13,133 nt of DNA. Origin: Tubiluchus corallicola (Eukaryota; Animalia; Priapulida). Where the stretch lies: assembly GCA_030141605.1 (NCBI GenBank), contig JAQGDQ010001205.1:1-13133 (forward strand), given 5' to 3'. Position numbers and translations under genes: made by a program. The notes under the pieces were generated by a model that did no database searches, was not told the DNA's origin, and saw only the letters and a program-made list of their open reading frames with translations. Below, one piece after another: positions 1-9,303 of the stretch. The number at the start of each line of letters is the position of its first letter. The first letter of the stretch is position 1.

Positions 1-108
1 TCTATAGTAGACCAATTACACCCATTAATAATACCAATATACACTAATAGAATAGCACAAAGTAAATAAAATTACTAGCAAAAAAAGTGATAACAATCAA
101 TATAAATG

Positions 109-221
<113 letters not shown>

Positions 222-269
222 AGTGCCAAAAACAGATAGAAAGCAACAAAAAGTGTTATCAGCTACACA

Positions 270-1235
270 GATCAACAAGAATGAAACAAGGCAGATGTTC
301 GAATGGTTTCTTACAAAGTTGCACTAAAGCGGCGTTTACCAGATATCTGGAATGAATTTATGATCAAAAAGAAGTGACATACAAGTACAAATGGTTTCTT
401 ACAAAGTTGCATTAAACCGGCGTTTACCAGATATCTGGAATGAATTTATGATCAAAAAGAAGTGACATACAAGCACGAAAGGTTTCTTACAAAGTTGCAC
501 TAAACCGGCGTTTACCAGATATCTGGAATGAATTTATGATCAAAATGAAGTGACATACAAGCACGAAAGGTTTCTTACAAAGTTGCACTAAAGCGGCGTT
601 TATCAGATATCTGGAATGAATTTATGATCAAAAAGAAGTGACATACAAGTACGAATGGTTTCTTACAAAGTTGCACTAAACCGGCGTTTACCAGATATCT
701 GGAATGAATTTATGATCAAAATGAAGTGACATACAAGCACGAAAGGTTTCTTACAAAGTTGCACTAAAGCGGCGTTTATCAGATATCTGGAATGAATTTA
801 TGATCAAAAAGAAGTGACATACAAGTACGAATGGTTTCTTACAAAGTTGCATTAAACCGGCGTTTACCAGATATCTGGAATGAATTTATGATCAAAAAGA
901 AGTGACATACAAGCACGAATGGCTTCTTACAAAGTTGCATTAAACCGGCCTGGCGTTTACCAGATATCTGGAATGAATTATGATCAAAAAGAAGTGACAC
1001 ACAAGTACAAATGGTTTCTTACAAAGTTGCACTAAAGCGGCGTTTACCAGATATCTGGAATGAATTATGATCAAAAAGAAGTGACATACAAGTACAAATG
1101 GTTTCTTACAAAGTTGCACTAAAGCGGCGTTTACCAGATATCTGGAATGAATTATGATCAAAAAGAAATGACACACAAGTACGAATAATTTCTTACAAAG
1201 TTGCACTAAAGTGGCGTTTATCAGACGTCCGAAAT
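270..1235. repeat. 88-bp tandem satellite, about 10.5 copies, with a local 176-bp dimer
   Basis: Equivalent positions at 303, 391, 479, 567, 655, 743, 831, 919, 1011, 1098, 1185; each unit carries the palindrome ccagatatctgg; units at 479+567 are duplicated as 655+743. Confidence 0.97.
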
Positions 1236-1470
1236 GCGTTACGCGTTATTGCGTGAAAATCACTTTATATAGTTTTGAATAAACACGTTTATCAGACTTG
1301 CAGCTGCGCGTAAACAATATAATAGAAACACGTAGCTGCAGAACAAAATAACGCAGTTATAAAGTGATTTTTCCGTGATAACGCAATTCCCCGGACGTCT
1401 GGTAAATTAATGCCGCTTTAATGCAACTGCACAAGAAGTCATTAGAATTTGAGTGTTGTTTCATTTTGTT
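1190..1470. mobile_element. Palindromic foldback element / MITE whose left arm is continuous with the 88-bp satellite
   Basis: Imperfect inverted repeat centred near 1320: ttcttacaaagttgcactaaagtggcgtttatcagacgtccg..aaaatcactttata..tgcagctgcgcgt mirrored by acacgtagctgca..tataaagtgatttt..cggacgtctggtaaa..gccgctttaatgcaactgcacaagaa. Confidence 0.8.
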
Positions 1471-1777
1471 AAAAAATCCTTGTAGATAGATATTTTATTT
1501 CTGAAAATCGAATTTCCAACAGGAAATTACAAACTCGACGCATACCCGATGGTTTTATCAGCGGGCAGAGCTCGGGTAATGATTTCCAGATCATACTAAC
1601 AATTTGACTCAACATAGCTGCACAAGGTATATACACAGATATACAAATTTAGTTGTAAACTCCATGAAGCGAAAAAAACTAATTACTAAGCATTTGTACA
1701 CATGTGATAAACAAATATTTTACCTATATGATAATCACAGTGATTCGGTTATATGTCCGCTAACAAAGCTGTACTAT

Positions 1778-1955
1778 TTAATTCAAAAATCTATGCATAC
1801 AGTCGTAAATGAAATTTCCAATTGACATCAATTCCCCATCAAATAAATTTGCAATATTACTATAATTTAACGCGTACAGTGATCTATAAAGTGCATTTTC
1901 ATGGCACTCGCACAAAAAATGCTCTTCTGTCTGAATTTCTCCACAAAGACATTGT
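1778..1955 (-). mobile_element. 5'-truncated non-LTR retrotransposon (LINE) ORF2 C-terminal remnant
   Basis: Translation CLCGEIQTEEHFLCEC...R...NLF...NFIY resembles the C-x-C..E.E.H....C zinc-knuckle at the end of LINE ORF2 proteins; recognised from memory of the motif. Confidence 0.65.
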
Positions 1956-2008
1956 AAATATTTGGTAAACGCCTCTTTAGCCACAACGATTTCGTACTGT
2001 TTCCAATA

Positions 2009-2014
2009 TTTATT
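2009..2014 (-). promoter_or_regulatory. Candidate polyadenylation signal AATAAA just after the stop codon
   Basis: tttatt on + strand about 15 nt 3' of the stop; hexamer only, common in AT-rich DNA. Confidence 0.3.
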
Positions 2015-2028
2015 TTACAGGCCTATAC

Positions 2029-2230
2029 TTAGGTTGTTTCACTATTTAGGTTATAACTACTGTCACTTGACAACTTTGATCTGTTGAGTTTTAGAATCAT
2101 TACAATGATGATGATGATGCAAGCGAGTGCAACTCCTCCTCCGACACCAACAAGAGCCCATATAATCGGCCATAAATCATCGTCTTCAGTATCTTTTGCT
2201 AATAATGGACCGTTAGCTATCTTGTCTAAA
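2029..2230 (-). CDS. Terminal coding exon: stalk, transmembrane helix and short cytoplasmic tail
   Basis: Acceptor tttttatttttAG|T, phase 2; (T)[66 protein letters not shown]. Uncharged hydrophobic run with acidic residues before and K/R after; stop TAA at 2031-2029. Confidence 0.85.
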
Positions 2231-3199
2231 CTAAAAATAAAAATATATAATGTGCTACAGGGCTGTGATGAAATGAAATGTAATGCTGGCAGGGGAATAC
2301 AGTAGACTTCTCAGGTGTGCGTGTGAACGTAGCTTTATCTAGCACAGACTCGTATTCTGACGTTGTGTTAGTAAAAGCTACTAGTCACGTGCACACCTGA
2401 GCTGATAAAAAGGGAAGGTCTGCTGTAGACCCTTGTCAGTGGTCGTGTCTTTCGTAGCATGTGCAGCTCTGTTCACATTTCTCAGGCTTTTCTCGCAAAC
2501 TCTGTTCATGTAGGTAAGCTGGTGGTTCCTTATCTAAAGTGTAATATTCAATAATAAATTTTCATTTCGACTGACTCTATTATTCAATTTTTGTTTACGG
2601 ATGAGGCGTTGAATGATTTAATTAAGACATGCAGCACGGTGTGGGCCGCGGTGCCATCCGTCCTGCTTCCGTTAAAAGCGGACGGCAGTCCAATATTTTT
2701 AAAAAATTCAACGACATATGGAGCGCTTTCAACACGTCTTGGAAAACAACTAAAACTTAATCTTATCCTCATACAGTTTCTATAAGTCACTATGTACTTG
2801 ATTGTCCTAAACGGAAATCTGAAATAGATTTTCAGCTGAAGATTTTGGATATATTATTTGGTTGCGATAGAAATAGTGGACAATAGTTAATTACATCACT
2901 TCTGCACATACACTTATTGTAAACACTACTGCCAGGTGTCGTGAAGCTCACAATTTTTTGATTTCATTATTATCAATTGTCATATTATTACATTCTCTTG
3001 TTAAAATATTAAATTAAAATCCCACACAAGAAATTTCAGCTATAAAATAAGTCTATTTCTTTATATACAGTCAAAACTTTCATCCTTGAACTAGTATGCA
3101 TAACATTTACCTTTCATTGAATTGCTGGCTTCCTTGCTTCATTGAAAAAACTTACCTGGGCAGTTGGGTTTTACAGATCACATTGTAAGCATGTGCCTT

Positions 3200-3288
<89 letters not shown>

Positions 3289-3326
3289 ACAGAGAGAAGA
3301 GAAATAGAGAGAGAGAAGAGAGAGAC

Positions 3327-3406
<80 letters not shown>

Positions 3407-4430
3407 CAGAAAATAAAGTTTATGAAATATAAAAAGAACCTCACCTGTATTCTAATTCATTTATCATTGTTTTAGAACTTACCTTTAGAAACTTCTCATA
3501 GCACGTAAGATTTTCTTTTTTGTGCTACTCTTCCTGTGTGCACGTGGATTAATGCCCACGATAGATATAAATGACAGATGTGCACATCTTGCAGTAGTAA
3601 GTTTGACACGCAGTTGCACACAGCAGCGGCGCACCACAAGATGTTGCACGCAATGGTGGTGCACTACAGTAATTCACATGCAACGGTGATATCACATGCT
3701 GCACCACAAAATGATGCACACAGTGAATGTGCACCACAAATTGTTGTACGCAGTGATGCTACATCACAAGATGTTGGATGCAGTGGTGGTGCACCCCAAG
3801 ATGTCGCATGCAGGAATGCTGCACCATAAGATGTTGCAGCCAATGGTGGTGCACCACAGTAATTCACATGCAATGGTGCTGCACCACAAAATAGTTCACA
3901 CAGTGAATGTGCACCACAAATTGTTGTACGCAGTGATGCTACATCACAAGATGTTGCATGCATTGGTGGTGCTCCCTAAAATGTCGCATGCAGCAATGCT
4001 GCACCATGAGATGTTGCACACAGTGGTGGTACGCCACAAGATGTTGCAGGCAGTGGTGTTGCACCATATATGTTCCTGCGAGTTCGAAGATTTTGGATAT
4101 TTCTGGAGTCGTTTTGTAATTTATTTCACTTACACACAGTTATCACGTGGGTCTTGTTGGCCAAAAATGTTTGGCTAAGCAGCTACACGTGTAATGGAGC
4201 ATTACACGTGTAATGTGTGTCATTGCCACTAATATCCTAGGTGAACCTACATCTTGTCTTCTAGGTGAAGTATATATATCCATATCCATATATGTATATA
4301 TATATATATATCTTCTTCTTCCCAGCTTTTCTCTATTCGGGGTCGCCGTCATTATATATATATATATATAATATATACACATATACACATATATACATAT
4401 ATACACATACACATATACACATATACACAT

Positions 4431-4475
<45 letters not shown>

Positions 4476-7400
4476 CTTTATTTGCGTTAAAAATCAATCG
4501 ATATCCATAAGCATAAAAGCATAAAAGAACATCGGAGCATGAGAATAAAAATTCACACAACTGTTAAAGGCAAATGCGTCCAGTGCAAACTAAAAACTAC
4601 TGTGCCAAAAAATTAAAACAAAATATACATTATAATGTTACACGCAAATTATAATCTAGACTATATACAATATATAAATACAATTTAAAATGGACGTGGG
4701 TAAATAAAATTTGCGGATGAATATATATTATCATTAACGTATGTAGGGTTTTCAAAACGATTTAATGTATGTATTTTTAATTTTGATTTGAATTCGTAGA
4801 AAGACTTGATTTGTTTTAAATTTGATGGCAGCGCATTCCAGAGTTGAGCATGCAAACATGTGAATATTAAAGACTAACTTACGTGTAGAAGTGATAGTTC
4901 CAATATTCAGACGCTCGAGGACAGAGCTTATCTTTTACTTCAGACTCATAGTTAATCTCCAGGTAATTTCCATTCTTCTCTGTGTATTTCTTCCATTTTA
5001 CTAAATTCCCAGACGGACTTTCAACACCATCATCGGGCGTTGGGTCCCTACAGAGATTAAAGGAAGACAGGATGATTTTTCATATACTACCCTACTTTCA
5101 AATACGGCAAAAGTATACATTTTAACACAGTTAACATTGCAAAAGCGTTTCTGATGGTTACATAATAGATTAAAAACTTAATTACCGGCGGGCGAGCCCA
5201 ACTATTGATGACATCACAAACTAACATAATTTTTAACAGCAAAAATATTCTATGGGCGTGTTGTACGTGTTTGTGAAAGCGAAAATTGAAGTACAGTGTT
5301 ACTGTAGAACATTCAGTGTGTTGTACTAAAAACTCGGCAAGTTTTAAGTTTAAAATTGAAATTTGTGTGCTACGTCATAATTGAGCATCTCTGAACTGCG
5401 ACGTACAGCACCTGTTTTTTGTGCAACACTTTTCCAAATGCAGACGCTACTATCAATCTAACCAGCGAATGGCGAATTGCATGTAACAGCGAAGAACTAG
5501 TGGCGCGAAGGTGAAATGTGTTTGTGTGGTAGTAATTCTTTCTTGTAAGTCATTTTTGAAATAATAATATGTTCTTTTCGATACTTCAAAGAGTAGATTG
5601 TTTTGACCTACAGTTTAAGATTGGGTCATATGTTCCTTTAAACGTCTTGTTAAGCACAAAAACTCACTCTTCGTTGAACAATAAGTAAAAACTTGACACG
5701 AACTTTCTTATCCTAACAATGTTTATTAAAAACCATTGTGCATTGTGAGAGAGTTTCAACGAATTAGTAGTTAGTTATTCAGGAAGTCAATCCATCTATC
5801 AGTCCGTCTGTTCTCCCATCCATCTTTCGTGCCTTCATCAGTTACCTAGTTAGTCGGCCGAGCAGACGCGGATCCAGTGGGTATCTTGGTCAATCAGTAA
5901 GTCACTCATTCAGTCAGTTAGTTAGTCTATTAATCGTTTAGTCACTTAGTGAGTCAGTCAGTAAACAGGTCGGTTAGTTAGCCTGTCAGGCAGTTGACGG
6001 CTAGTCAGTTAGTCAGTTACTCAGTCAGTCAGTCGGTCGGCAAGTCAGTCAATCGGTCGGTTAATCAGTCTGTGAGTTAGTCAACCAGCCATTCAGCCTC
6101 TCAATCAGTCAGCCAGTCAGTCAGTCAGCTAGTTAGTTGATTGATTAATTTATCCACCAATCCATCATATAGCCGGTTAGACAAACAAGCAAGCGCACAT
6201 TCAAACAAGGAAACAAACAAACAAACAAATAAACGGATGAGTGGTGTCATTGGGTTGGAGGGATGCCTGGCATGCACATGCAAAGGAAGAAACACGTAGG
6301 AAGAATCCTGCTCACCCATATTTAGCAAAGTTTGTCCAAACGGTTGTTAAGAATTTTGTAAATCTTCTATCCTGTCGCGTTAAAATCCTCTGTGGATTAA
6401 CACAATACTCTTCCGCATAACGTTCAAAACAAAAAATCACGTCATCTCGGTTGGGCATGTCGAACACGAAAACTAACTCTGCTCCATGGGGAATTACTGA
6501 AATAATAATAAACTAATGTGAGAAAAGAATCATTTGAACATCAGAGACAGATCCTCCCCCCCACTGGGTGTAAGAAAGGTATTTATTGGTGCAGCACAAT
6601 GGACATTTCAAAATCAATCTTTTGCAAAGTCTGACAAGAATGCTGCCCATTCACATACATATGAATTGCCACATATTTAAGATCAAAGCTTTTTCAACAG
6701 AGAAGATTTGATATTAGAAAGCGACAGCGACAATGAGATGAAATAGAGAATCACTCGGTTAAAGGACAAGAAAAGGGATACCTGAAGTAGGTTTCAGAAA
6801 AATCGCCTTAAAAATTATATTACTTAATAGCAAGTTTATGCATATATCTTACTCGCAATGAAAGGAATTTTTGTTTCTTTTCATTTTAAATCTCCCGCAA
6901 TACTGTTCAGACCGCGCCATTACATGACGTCACTACACAAATGTAAATCACGGGAAGAAAAGGCAATGTTAAATTATGTCCAAAAACTTTTCATGCAAAT
7001 CTATATTAATTACTTTTTTGCTTACCTACTGGAAAGACTTATGTAACTAGAAAAGAAAATTATTAATTATTTAAATTTTTTCACCAATTGGGAAAATGTC
7101 GCTTACTCACCCTCCAGGGTGTCAAACCCACTAACCAAAAACGTATTTTAGTCTTAATGACAAGATACAGTAATTTAAAATTTTACTCAGTTAGTGACGT
7201 GTGCGCTACGAATGTTCTGATTATTTTTTCAAAGTTTACACAATGTTATCTAAACTTGTTTCAAATGACCTGTCGTCAAAATGGTGGTGTATAACATGTG
7301 GTAATAATTCTTTCACGTAAGTCATTTTTGAAAAAATAGTACGTTTTCTTTCAGTATTTTAAAGAGTAGATTGTTTTGACTTACAGTTTAACATTGGGTC

Positions 7401-8693
7401 CGGTTTTGCTTTAATTTATAACATTTATGAGTTTGTTTATAAGAGACACAAAAATCATCACCACAACGTCATTATTATAACTTTGATGTTAGAAAAATAC
7501 GACAGCTACTTACAGTTTCCTAAAGGCCATAGTTGACTGACATAATTAAACGAATACACGTAAGTGTCGGCTGAATGATTCGCCCGGAACTGAGCTTCCA
7601 AATCCATAGGAGCTAGAATTCCAACATCCGCTGTAGCCTGTAAAACATGTTGATTTTAGGGACTTCTACAAGACTTGTATAAATCTGAGCTTTTTATGAA
7701 TTTCACACTTAAGGGAAATGTTTAAAATAAACGTAATTAATCTGGCTATACTAAGATGTCATAAACAAACCTTGATCAACTCAATGCAGTTTTCTGCGAA
7801 ATGCATTTTTGCCAGCATTTAAATTGCAAAAGACTGTTTTTCCACACAATGATTCAAATTGTCAGGCTGTCAGCACAACAATGTCTAGTCATGTCACAAC
7901 ACGTGTTGTTTTTGAACCCATAGTTTGTGTTGAAAGCGACTTAGTCATTCGGCCATTTGGTCATTTTGTTACCAAATAAAGCTGACTTTTTTATTGCCAA
8001 ATACAATAATACATAGTCTACTTGTAATGTTTTTACAACGTTTTTACCAAACAAAACTGACTAGTATTATTTCCTATACTATGAGTAAGGAAGCCTCTGC
8101 GCCTAGGTTATGCCTATTTTGTTAGTTATAAAATTACTGATTAATTTTTTTCTGACTAAGGCCTGGTTCACAGTTCCTTTATTTTTTTCTTCAAACGCGA
8201 ATCTTGAATGTCACTGGACACAGCAGCGTGCAAGTTTTTATGGTGTAATCATGGCTTGCTTTAATAATTCGTTGCGTTCCAGTAAAATTATAATTTTGTC
8301 GACTTACAGGAAGAATGAATATTCATGTATTGAGTTGAGAAATGACGTGTTTCACTCAATAAATCGGATGTGCTGTTGGGAACGATATTCCGACAACATT
8401 TCTAAAGTAAAAGACCAAAGGGTTTATTGTGTAGTGGTAACGCGTCTGCTTTCCGTCTGGGAGGTCGCGAGTTCGATACCGTAGTTCATACCAAAAACTT
8501 TAAAAATGGTATCTGCTGGTGTTTCATTGCTTGGTGCGTGGCAATTAGGGCAATGGAGTAATGTTAGTTCTTATTTACAGCCGACAAAGTGCTCTTGGTT
8601 CTTAGGTTAATTTGTATCCAAAAAGGCCCGACTTTAAATAGAGATTATTATTATTATATTATCACTTTATTACTATTATTATTATTGTTATTA

Positions 8694-8779
<86 letters not shown>

Positions 8780-8820
8780 GTTGTTGTTATATTATCACTT
8801 TATTACTATTATTATTATTA

Positions 8821-8915
<95 letters not shown>

Positions 8916-8954
8916 GTTGTTGTTGTTGTTGTTAGATTATTGTTATTGTTATTA

Positions 8955-8998
<44 letters not shown>

Positions 8999-9146
8999 GT
9001 TGTTGTTATATTATTGTTATTGTTAATATTATTATTATTATTATTATTATTGTTGTTGTTGTTGTTGTTGTTATATTATTGTTATTGTTATTATTGCTAT
9101 TATTATTATTGTTGTTGTTGTTATATTATTGTTATTGTTATTATTA

Positions 9147-9208
<62 letters not shown>

Positions 9209-9272
9209 GTTGTTGTTGTTGTTGTTATATTATTGTTATTGTTATTGTTATTATTATTATTATTATTATTAC

Positions 9273-9303
<31 letters not shown>

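Noticed and set aside
270-1235. 88-bp repeat with an internal palindrome as a CRISPR array
   Set aside because: Whole units repeat with no unique spacers, there are no cas genes, and the context is a eukaryotic spliced gene.
2084-2305. Plus-strand 73-aa ORF with poly-Met
   Set aside because: Antisense shadow of the transmembrane exon (ATC Ile codons).
3549-4178. His/Cys-rich ORFs over the 30-bp repeat as genes, or the repeat as CRISPR-like
   Set aside because: Frames are open on both strands because the unit is a multiple of 3; the variable parts recur at 180 bp; the region is intronic.
8110-8484. 124-aa plus-strand ORF
   Set aside because: No recognisable motif, intronic and antisense, and it runs into the SINE head; likely chance.
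8420-8490. Functional tRNA gene
   Set aside because: A and B boxes are present but there is no convincing acceptor stem or terminator, and it continues into a SINE-like body.
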